Shown: positions 41,358 to 49,233 of the stretch, in pieces
Layout: every line of letters starts with the position of its first letter
How positions within the stretch are numbered: the first letter of the stretch is position 1
Origin: Candidatus Latescibacterota bacterium
GTDB lineage: Bacteria; Latescibacterota; UBA2968
Reading direction: 5' to 3'
NCBI GenBank assembly: GCA_965207885.1
Contig: OZ242311.1
Location: 4,736,001-4,800,000, forward strand
Length of the DNA stretch: 64,000 nt
Translations under genes and position numbers: made by a program
Notes under the pieces: generated by a model
What the model saw: the letters and a program-made list of their open reading frames with translations, nothing else
Told to the model about the DNA's origin: nothing
The model's database searches: none

Positions 41358-42248
41358 ATGAGAAGATATACGCTAATTGGGGTATGCATACTGTGCATGG
41401 GGTTGATGGCGGGTGAGGGATTCGCCCAGGGGCTGAATGCCCGAAAAACAGCTTTGGCTGGTGCGGGCATAGGCTTGATTGGGAGCGGGCAGGCCATTCA
41501 GTACAATCCAGCAGGATTGGCCTTTATGGATGGTTGGGAGGCATATTTCACGTTTATGGATAGAAGAAATATAAGTTATAGCGGGTATGATGGTGAAAGG
41601 GCATACAAAGCTGGTATTGCTGGAAATACAGGCATAGGGGCTTTTGGACTTTCTGCCACTTTGGGTCGTATTAGGGCTGATGATGTGAACGAATATTCCA
41701 TTTCAGGTGGCTATGGGTACAAGATTACAAACCGGCTTGCTGTGGGGGCCACCCTACGTCTGTTCCATTCTGAATGGCTCGAGACCAACGACTTAGACCT
41801 TGATCTGGGTACATATTTCGTGACCGGGTTGCGGAATACAATTGTTGCAGCAGGTGTGGAGAATTTGAAGACTGGGATAGGTAATTCAAATCGTGTTAGG
41901 CTCCGTGCCGGGTTGTTCTTCGACCTGATGTCGCTACTGGACTCGGGGGATTTGCCGCACTATTTGGACCTTGTTGTAGATGTGAATGATTATATCAATG
42001 ATGACAGAGGTTCTTGGGCGAATCTGGGCCTTGAATATCAGTACAGATACTTGCTATCAGGCAATGCGTTGGAAATCGCATTGCGTGGAGGAGTGCAGTC
42101 GATATATGGCCGTGGCTCGGCTAAGACAACTTGGGGTATTGGGCTGAAGTTTGAGACGGAAGGTGGCCGTGGCATCAGGGTAGATTACACGTCCTTTGGT
42201 TCCGAAATTTCCCCAGGCCACATTGTCAGCATGGCATTCATCTTTTAG
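41358..42248 (+). CDS. PorV-like beta-barrel paralogue 2
   Basis: ARKTALAGAG..YNPAGLA, DLDLG, RVDY, ends MAFIF. Confidence 0.72.
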   Translation: MRRYTLIGVCILCMGLMAGEGFAQGLNARKTALAGAGIGLIGSGQAIQYNPAGLAFMDGWEAYFTFMDRRNISYSGYDGERAYKAGIAGNTGIGAFGLSATLGRIRADDVNEYSISGGYGYKITNRLAVGATLRLFHSEWLETNDLDLDLGTYFVTGLRNTIVAAGVENLKTGIGNSNRVRLRAGLFFDLMSLLDSGDLPHYLDLVVDVNDYINDDRGSWANLGLEYQYRYLLSGNALEIALRGGVQSIYGRGSAKTTWGIGLKFETEGGRGIRVDYTSFGSEISPGHIVSMAFIF

Positions 42249-42340
42249 GTCAAAATCACAGGCTCGACCGCTCTTGGAAAGGCCCTTTGGCAAGCTCGGA
42301 AAACGTTTCGTTTCTATAGCTGCACATAAAGGAGAGACCG

Positions 42341-43456
42341 ATGAAAATAGTCACTATGGTTGTGGCGGTCCTGCTCAACGCGGTGACCCCTACACTCGCG
42401 TATGCAGCCACATACTTGCAAGGGGCAGAGGTCAATGCCGATACACTGACGCAAGATGCTTATGTTGCAGTTACTTATTACGATAGCAATGGAGAACAGA
42501 AATTGGAGAAGGGGTGGATTGATGCGATTGACGAAACCACATTTACCATTCGAAGTGGAGGTCTCAAGAGCGAGAAAACCATAGCCTACACCAACGTCGT
42601 GTCCGTGATCATGAGCGAGGAATCAATCGTGTCAGCGAAACAGATGAATGAGGTGAATGGGTTTATTCGGACGAGGAAAATAGACGAAAAAAAGACAGAA
42701 CAGGCTGCACAGCAGCTTCGCCAAAAGACTGTCATAGTCCTGTCTCGTGGGCAGATTGAGCCTTCAAAAATTATGCAGGGATGGTATGCCCATGCTATCT
42801 ACACATCAAAAGGTGCAGAAGTGACGACAACCGGAAGAATTACGAGGCAAGACTCTGTTCATATCGTGATTAGCGTGCTGGAAGAAGATAGGGCATTGAA
42901 TAGATTTCAGGAGGAGAGGGCATTGAAAATATCGCAAACAATAGCATACCGAGACATGGATACCCTCGTTATCTCTCAAAGCGCGCAAAGTATCGAAGCA
43001 TGGCGGAAGCTAAATAAATACGATGCGTATAATACCAGAGTGCGTATCTATGTCCCTTCGCGCTCAAAATGGTGGTGGATGGTTGGCGAGGTCGTCAAAA
43101 TGACGCCAGACACCCTCGTGATCCAGCGAGGAAGGAGATTGTTATCCGTGCCCCGTTCTGCGATCTCCAAGTTTGAAGTGAGTCTTAGACATTACAGACA
43201 CACAGGCAAAGGACTGATGGTCGGTCTGGCCCTCAATGCTCTCTCATGGGGATCTTTGGCCACAGACGACGAGGCTACTCTTGCCGAGGGTTACGCGGTG
43301 ATAATTATGACTCCAGTTTTACTTATTATTCCCACGTTTATTGGTGCTTTAATAAAATCCGACAAATGGGTCGAGGTACCGCCTCAACGCCTCAACCTGA
43401 GCGTTGCACCCACATCCACAAAAGGGCTTCGCGCTGCGCTTACGTTTAATTTTTAA
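42341..43456 (+). CDS. Array family A paralogue 2
   Basis: Same N-domain and KSDKW..LRAALTFNF end as 38408; RBS aaggag. Confidence 0.8.
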   Translation: MKIVTMVVAVLLNAVTPTLAYAATYLQGAEVNADTLTQDAYVAVTYYDSNGEQKLEKGWIDAIDETTFTIRSGGLKSEKTIAYTNVVSVIMSEESIVSAKQMNEVNGFIRTRKIDEKKTEQAAQQLRQKTVIVLSRGQIEPSKIMQGWYAHAIYTSKGAEVTTTGRITRQDSVHIVISVLEEDRALNRFQEERALKISQTIAYRDMDTLVISQSAQSIEAWRKLNKYDAYNTRVRIYVPSRSKWWWMVGEVVKMTPDTLVIQRGRRLLSVPRSAISKFEVSLRHYRHTGKGLMVGLALNALSWGSLATDDEATLAEGYAVIIMTPVLLIIPTFIGALIKSDKWVEVPPQRLNLSVAPTSTKGLRAALTFNF

Positions 43457-43486
43457 TTGAGGTTGGCGAAGACTAAATCCGCAAAC

Positions 43487-43512
43487 AAAAAAGGCGACCT
43501 ATCAGGGTCGCC
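43487..43512 (-). terminator. Intrinsic terminator, copy 1
   Basis: A6 + ggcgacc/ggtcgcc stem; the U-tract is on the minus strand, downstream of DUF2442. Confidence 0.65.
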
Positions 43513-43540
43513 TGAGAATAATGCCTTCGTATCTCGCACT

Positions 43541-43754
43541 TTACACACGCTGTTTGGCGGGGCGTGCAGGTACGCCCATCAACATACCTTCTGCACTGAT
43601 GTCTTCATCAATATCCGGCCAGTGAACGCCCTGACCGTCGCCGATAAATTCATAATTTTCACGCTGGGCAGGCGTTGCGTCTGCAAGTCGCCTGGACCAG
43701 ACGAGCGGTACGCTGATTGTTCGACCATCCACCAAATCCGCGATGATCAATTCC
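43541..43754 (-). pseudogene. 5'-truncated DUF2442 (antitoxin-like) copy
   Basis: Near-identical to 48678-48891 but lacks the N-terminus and the DUF4160 partner. Confidence 0.75.
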
Positions 43755-43797
43755 TCCTCGTTATTTCTACCTGAGGGTGAACACACAGGAGACCTCC

Positions 43798-45552
43798 GTG
43801 AAAAGTTTTCTCAAAAGCACCGTTCTATTCGCGCTATTTGGCCTGATGGCCTGTGGAGGAAACAGCAAAGATACACTGGGGCCAGGGGATGCGGACGAGA
43901 TAACAGCGGGCACAATGGGTATTTGCAACAGAACCCCACAGGTGCGCGATGCCATCCTGACTATGCTATCCGACATCGATAACTGTGCCCTGGTCACAGA
44001 GGCACAGTTATCCTCAATCACGCGTCTGGATCTGAATGACCAGGGTATCACCGATTTGCGGAGAGCCGACTTCTATGGCCTGGACAACTTGCCAGGGCTA
44101 TCTCTTTCCTTTAATTCTTTAAGCACTTTAAAAGAGGGTGTGTTCGCCGGTTTATCCAGTTTGAAAAGTTTAGATCTTAGCTTCAATAGTCTGCACACTC
44201 TACCAGCCGGTGTGTTTTCTGACCTGGATAGCTTGCGATGGTTAGGTCTTGACTACAACTCTTTAAGCACCTTGCCAGCCAGTGTGTTTTCTGGCTTGGA
44301 TAGCTTGCGATTTCTCAGACTTGACAGCAATGATCTAAACACGCTACCAGAAGGCGTGTTCTCGGACCTGTCCAAACTGGGGGAACTGGAGTTGCAAAAC
44401 AACGCTCTAAATACCCTGCCAGCCAGTGTGTTTTCTGGCCTGGATAGCTTACGAGTTCTCAATCTGGAAAATAATCCTCTGAACACATTACCAGAGGGCG
44501 TGTTTTCACATCTGGACAACTTGCAAAAGATAGACCTTAGTTTCAAGGACCTGCACACACTACCCCAAAATGTATTCTCAGGCCTGCCGACCAATTTGCA
44601 AACATTAAGGCTGCACACGATCGGTCTCCGCACGCTGCCAGAGGGTGTATTCTCCGGCCTGGATAACTTGCAGCACTTATATCTTTATTCTAACGGTTTA
44701 AACACACTGCCAGAAGGCGTGTTCATCGGTTTGTACAGCTTGAGAAGCCTATCTTTTTCCAGCACTTTTTTGCAAACCCTGCCAGAGGGCGTGTTCTCAC
44801 ATCTGGACAACTTGAAATACCTATCTCTTCATTCTCACGATCTGTTGAGTACACTGCCAGAGGGCATATTCTCAGACCTGGACAACTTGCAAAGGATAGA
44901 CCTTTTTTTCAACGATCAGCTAAGTACACTACCAGAGGGCTTGTTTTCAGGTTTATCCAACTTGCAGGATCTAAATATTACTTCTAATGATCTGCTCAGC
45001 ACACTACCAGAGGGCTTGTTTGCCGACTTATCCAATTTGCAATGGCTAAATCTTTCTGGTAATGATCTGCTGAGTACACTGCCAGAGGGTATATTTGGGG
45101 ACCTGTCCAGCTTGCGAGCGCTACACCTTGACGACAATAATCTAAGCATGCTACCCGAGGGGATATTCTCTGGCTTGTCCAGGCTGAAGTTACTATGGCT
45201 TCATAGGAACCCTGGAACGCCCTTTACCTTGACGATAGAATTGGAACGCACAGACAATATGGACAATAATGCACAGGGACCCGCTACCATTGTAGTCAAA
45301 GTTGCCGAGGGGGCACCGTTCGATATGACCGTCAGTCTGTCGGCACAGGGCGGCACCTTGTCGGCCAATACAGCTACGATTGTAGCGGGTGAGATTAAAA
45401 GCGAAACTGTTATGGTACCCTCAGATGAGGGTAATTCGGTCACAGTCCATCTGGGTCCTGCGCCTGCACTACCACAGTTTTTGAACCACGCTGGTATCCA
45501 GACCGCCGTGGGAGATTCGCTCATTCTATTTGGACAAGCGGCATCGAGATAG
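43798..45552 (+). CDS. Leucine-rich-repeat lipoprotein (about 16 LRRs of 24-25 aa)
   Basis: GTG start after aggag; lipobox LMAC; Cys N-cap GICNRTPQVRDAI; TLPEGVFS.L..L..L.L..N repeats; beta-rich C-domain. Confidence 0.88.
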   Translation: MKSFLKSTVLFALFGLMACGGNSKDTLGPGDADEITAGTMGICNRTPQVRDAILTMLSDIDNCALVTEAQLSSITRLDLNDQGITDLRRADFYGLDNLPGLSLSFNSLSTLKEGVFAGLSSLKSLDLSFNSLHTLPAGVFSDLDSLRWLGLDYNSLSTLPASVFSGLDSLRFLRLDSNDLNTLPEGVFSDLSKLGELELQNNALNTLPASVFSGLDSLRVLNLENNPLNTLPEGVFSHLDNLQKIDLSFKDLHTLPQNVFSGLPTNLQTLRLHTIGLRTLPEGVFSGLDNLQHLYLYSNGLNTLPEGVFIGLYSLRSLSFSSTFLQTLPEGVFSHLDNLKYLSLHSHDLLSTLPEGIFSDLDNLQRIDLFFNDQLSTLPEGLFSGLSNLQDLNITSNDLLSTLPEGLFADLSNLQWLNLSGNDLLSTLPEGIFGDLSSLRALHLDDNNLSMLPEGIFSGLSRLKLLWLHRNPGTPFTLTIELERTDNMDNNAQGPATIVVKVAEGAPFDMTVSLSAQGGTLSANTATIVAGEIKSETVMVPSDEGNSVTVHLGPAPALPQFLNHAGIQTAVGDSLILFGQAASR

Positions 45553-45586
45553 CGGTGGTGTTTACGTATTTCAACAGGAGGAATTT

Positions 45587-46387
45587 ATGGCGCGAATAGC
45601 GGCAATCGTTCTGGTCTTGAGCCTGTGTATGCCAGAAACCTTATTGGCCTGGGTGACCTTTGAAGCCGGTGAAATTGATAGCAGCACGGTTAAACCCGGT
45701 GCCTATGTCGAGATTATCTATGGGAGGGGGGAGCGAGATCCGGTGTCAGAGGAGTGGGAGAGACTGGATACGGCAAGGGGATATATTCAAGCTATTGATA
45801 CAGAGACTCTGACTATTGGCGAACGGTTTTGGAAGAAAGTAATTGCATTAGAGCGTATTCAAAAGCTGATCATTGCAACGTCTGCTCAGGATGAAAAAAG
45901 AAAGTTATCCTTCGAACTCGGGGCAGACCTTCTATCCGTCGAATTCCAGACTGGTCAGTACGCTTCCACGACACTTATCAATCTGGGAGGCGGTCTGGTA
46001 AGAACATCTCCGTCCATCTATATGTCCAGTTTCTTTTTTAACAAATTGGCTTTTGACCTGGGACTGGGGCTTACCTCCTGGTCCTATGACGGGGGAAACA
46101 ATACCTCCTGGATGACGCGCAGTGGATTCACTTACTTTCCTCAAGGATCAGCTTCGAACTCTGTTTACGTCAGGTCTGTCTTGGCGACATTGAGTACGGA
46201 TAATTCCAGCACTCAATTTGGTGCGGGAGGAGGTCTTGGATATCGCCATGTTTACCAGAACAGGATGGCTGTGAGGTTGGAGACATCGTATATGCGATGG
46301 TTCAGGGCAAAAGAGAACCATATCGCGGTTCGTTTGAGCTTTGGTGTTGTTCTCGGAAGAAAGGGTGCTTTCCCGGAGCCTGAATGA
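45587..46387 (+). CDS. Array family C paralogue 2: one small beta domain plus a different OM beta-barrel-like C-terminus
   Basis: The first ~95 aa are nearly identical to 40257; C-terminal strands QFGAGGGLGY, VRLETSY, VRLSFGV. Confidence 0.75.
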   Translation: MARIAAIVLVLSLCMPETLLAWVTFEAGEIDSSTVKPGAYVEIIYGRGERDPVSEEWERLDTARGYIQAIDTETLTIGERFWKKVIALERIQKLIIATSAQDEKRKLSFELGADLLSVEFQTGQYASTTLINLGGGLVRTSPSIYMSSFFFNKLAFDLGLGLTSWSYDGGNNTSWMTRSGFTYFPQGSASNSVYVRSVLATLSTDNSSTQFGAGGGLGYRHVYQNRMAVRLETSYMRWFRAKENHIAVRLSFGVVLGRKGAFPEPE

Positions 46388-46468
46388 GACAACGAGGGGA
46401 CATATCGTCTTATCGATAGCGTTTCATTCTCGATTTTTTAAAAGGCCAATCGCGAAAGGTGAATGATT

Positions 46469-47437
46469 ATGAGACGATATACGCTAATTGGGTTATGCAC
46501 GCTGATTGGGTTGATGTCAGATGAGGGATTTGCCCAGGAGTATGTCAGGAGAACGGGGTTCATTTTTCTGCAGTTTCCCACCAGTGCTCGCACGATGGCT
46601 TTGGGTGAGGCGGGCGTAGGGTTGATCGGAAGCGGGCAGGCTATTCTGTACAATCCAGCAGGACTGGCTTTTATGGAAGGTCGAGAAGCGTATTTTACGT
46701 ATGTAGATTGGATTTTTAGTACCAAGCACTATGTGGCTGGCGTTTCAGCAAATGTGCCGCGTATAGGGACATTTGGGTTGTCTGTTGTGAATCACGATAT
46801 CGGTCCTGTCAGATTTGAGAATACCACGCAAGAAACCAGCAAGTATGCCATTTCAGTGGCTTATGGGGGCATGATTACCGACCGGATTGCGGTGGGGACC
46901 ACCCTCAAGCTGATCCATGAGAGTTATTCCTGGGAGGATCACAAGCAAAATGTCTTTGCCGTTGATTTGGGCACGTATTTTGCCACGGGATTTCGGAATA
47001 CGGTGATCGCGATGGGTGTGGAGAACTTGAGCACGAGCGCGTTAGGCGAGCCAGAGCAAGGGGGGCTCCCAAAAAATATGCGGCTGGGAGTGCTCATTGA
47101 TGTGGTTGCTCTGACGGATGTTGGTCCCTTGCCTCATAATCTGGACCTGGTCGTGGATGTGAATAATCCAAATGATTCTGAGGATGGTTTCTACACAGAT
47201 ATAGGTATCGAATATACATATATGTACCAGACCGCTATAGGCGACCTATTGGGATTTTCACTACGAGCAGGACATCAAAAAAGGCCCCGAAGCCTAATAG
47301 ATCCCAACACTCTGGGTATTGGCGTGCTGTTTAAGACCCATGGTATAGGCTTAAAGGTGGATTACACAAGCAAGTCCTTTGGCGCCCTTTTCGATGATGA
47401 ACGGGTGCATATTCTCAGCGTTGCTTTTGATTTTTAG
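46469..47437 (+). CDS. PorV-like beta-barrel paralogue 3 (complete)
   Basis: FLQFPTSARTMALGEAG..YNPAGLA, FAVDLG, LPKNMRLG, LRAG, KVDY, ends VAFDF. Confidence 0.8.
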   Translation: MRRYTLIGLCTLIGLMSDEGFAQEYVRRTGFIFLQFPTSARTMALGEAGVGLIGSGQAILYNPAGLAFMEGREAYFTYVDWIFSTKHYVAGVSANVPRIGTFGLSVVNHDIGPVRFENTTQETSKYAISVAYGGMITDRIAVGTTLKLIHESYSWEDHKQNVFAVDLGTYFATGFRNTVIAMGVENLSTSALGEPEQGGLPKNMRLGVLIDVVALTDVGPLPHNLDLVVDVNNPNDSEDGFYTDIGIEYTYMYQTAIGDLLGFSLRAGHQKRPRSLIDPNTLGIGVLFKTHGIGLKVDYTSKSFGALFDDERVHILSVAFDF

Positions 47438-47528
47438 AGTGCGGTTCGCTGATTCGGTCAGGAGATGGATAGCCACAGTCGTTTTGATTCTGGGCAGGTG
47501 TATGCCAAAAATTCTGAAGGATAAATTT

Positions 47529-48602
47529 ATGAAAAAATTAACCGTAGTCTTTGTTATTACAAATCTCCTGCTCAACGCGATGGCTCCCACGCTCGCGCAC
47601 GCAGCCACATATCTGCAAGGCACACAGGTCAATGCCAATACGTTGGTCCAAGATGCCTACGTTGCAGTCACATATTACGATAGCAAAGGCAAACAGAAAT
47701 TGGATAAGGGGTGGATTGATGCGGTTGATGAAACTTCGTTTACAATTCGCAGTGGACACTGGACCAAGAAAAACATTGCATACGCCAAAGTGCTGTCCGT
47801 GATTATGAGCGAAGAATCAACCACGCTAAAGCAGATGAATGAGGTGAATCGGTTTATTGGAGAGAGAAAAAAAGAGGAAGAGTTGAAGGCCATCACGATC
47901 ATGTCACGCGGGCAGATTGATCCTGCAAAGATTACGAAGAGATGGTATGCCCATGTCATCTACATTAGAAAAAAGATAAAAAAAACAGCAACTGGAAAGA
48001 TTATCCATAAGGACTCAGACCGTATTGTAATCCAAAATAGGGAGGAGTTCTGGAAAAGCTGGAAAATAGCATACAGCGAGATTGATAGACTCGCTATTGC
48101 GAAACATCAACGAGATATTGAAGGATGGATGGTTATGCAATTGCTCCATGAGGGAAATGCCAAAGTGCGTGCCCGCGTTCCTTCAATTCAAAAGCAATGG
48201 ATGATTGGCAAGGTTGAAAAAATGACGCAAGACACACTCGTTGTCCGTGGAGAACTTGCACTTTATGGACGTAAGGTGCCTCTTTCTTCAATTTCCGATT
48301 TTGAAGTGAACATTGGACAGCATAGAAACACGGGGAAAGGCTCTATATTCGGTTTGGCTCTCGGTCTTGCTATCCTTGCTCCAGTTGCGATAGCAGACGC
48401 GAGAGATGAGGACGAATGGCAAAGATTTGCCACAATCGTGACCGCGACGTTTATATCTCTACCTATTTGGGTTCTCTCCACTATCATTGGTGCTACAATA
48501 AAATCCGACAAATGGATCGAGGTGTCGCCCCAGAGTCTCAACCTGAGCCTCACACCTACATCCACAAAAGGGCTTCGCGCCGCACTCACGTTTAATTTTT
48601 AA
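47529..48602 (+). CDS. Array family A paralogue 3
   Basis: Conserved N-domain and KSDKW..LRAALTFNF end. Confidence 0.8.
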   Translation: MKKLTVVFVITNLLLNAMAPTLAHAATYLQGTQVNANTLVQDAYVAVTYYDSKGKQKLDKGWIDAVDETSFTIRSGHWTKKNIAYAKVLSVIMSEESTTLKQMNEVNRFIGERKKEEELKAITIMSRGQIDPAKITKRWYAHVIYIRKKIKKTATGKIIHKDSDRIVIQNREEFWKSWKIAYSEIDRLAIAKHQRDIEGWMVMQLLHEGNAKVRARVPSIQKQWMIGKVEKMTQDTLVVRGELALYGRKVPLSSISDFEVNIGQHRNTGKGSIFGLALGLAILAPVAIADARDEDEWQRFATIVTATFISLPIWVLSTIIGATIKSDKWIEVSPQSLNLSLTPTSTKGLRAALTFNF

Positions 48603-48624
48603 TTGAGGTTGGCGAAAAATAAAT

Positions 48625-48648
48625 AAAAAAAGCGACTCTGATAGTCGC
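48625..48648 (-). terminator. Intrinsic terminator, copy 2
   Basis: A7 + gcgact/agtcgc stem. Confidence 0.6.
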
Positions 48649-48677
48649 CTAAGAATAATGCCTTCGTATCTCGCACT

Positions 48678-48944
48678 TTACACACGCTGTTTGGCGGGTC
48701 GTGCGGGTGCGCCCATCAACATGCCTTCTGCACTGATGTCTTCGTCAATATCCGGCCAGTGAACACCCTGACCATCGCCGATAAATTCATAGTTTTCACG
48801 CTGAGCAGGCGTTGCGTCTGCAAGTCGCCAGGACCAGACGAGCGGTACACTGATTGTCCGACCATCCACCAAATCAGCGATGATCAATTCCCCAGTGATC
48901 CTGATGGCTTTGATGCGAGGTTCCGTATTATTCGCAGTGTTCAC
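48678..48944 (-). CDS. DUF2442 protein (putative antitoxin)
   Basis: LVDGRTISVPLVWSWRLADATPAQRENYE..GVHWPDIDEDIS. Confidence 0.85.
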   Translation of the reverse strand: MNTANNTEPRIKAIRITGELIIADLVDGRTISVPLVWSWRLADATPAQRENYEFIGDGQGVHWPDIDEDISAEGMLMGAPARPAKQRV

Positions 48945-49164
48945 GCCATGCCTCCAAAATTATCACGTAGTTCGATTGGATTAACCGCCGAATCTCACTC
49001 AATTCATGAGGAGAGAACCCGTAATTTTTGCATAATGCAATGGGTTCGAGCCAATATTTGCATGTTCTTCTGTCTCGTCTCACATGCACATGCCGAGGTT
49101 CATGACAGTCAAAACTATAAAAGAAAAATCGATATGGCCCCTGTATGTTGCTGACCCTTGGCAT
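48928..49164 (-). CDS. DUF4160 protein (putative toxin partner of DUF2442)
   Basis: GPYRFFFYS..EPRHVHV..KYWLEP..AWREH; overlaps DUF2442. Confidence 0.85.
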   Translation of the reverse strand: MPRVSNIQGPYRFFFYSFDCHEPRHVHVRRDRRTCKYWLEPIALCKNYGFSPHELSEIRRLIQSNYVIILEAWREHCE

Positions 49165-49233
49165 TATGCCCTCCAGCTTGAATTAGATTACTCAATATTC
49201 AAGGTTATATCAACAAAAAAATAGGAGAATCTC

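Noticed and set aside
30940-45200. CRISPR-like periodic repeats
   Set aside because: The periodicity is in-frame WD40 and LRR coding repeats; there are no identical repeats with unique spacers and no cas genes.
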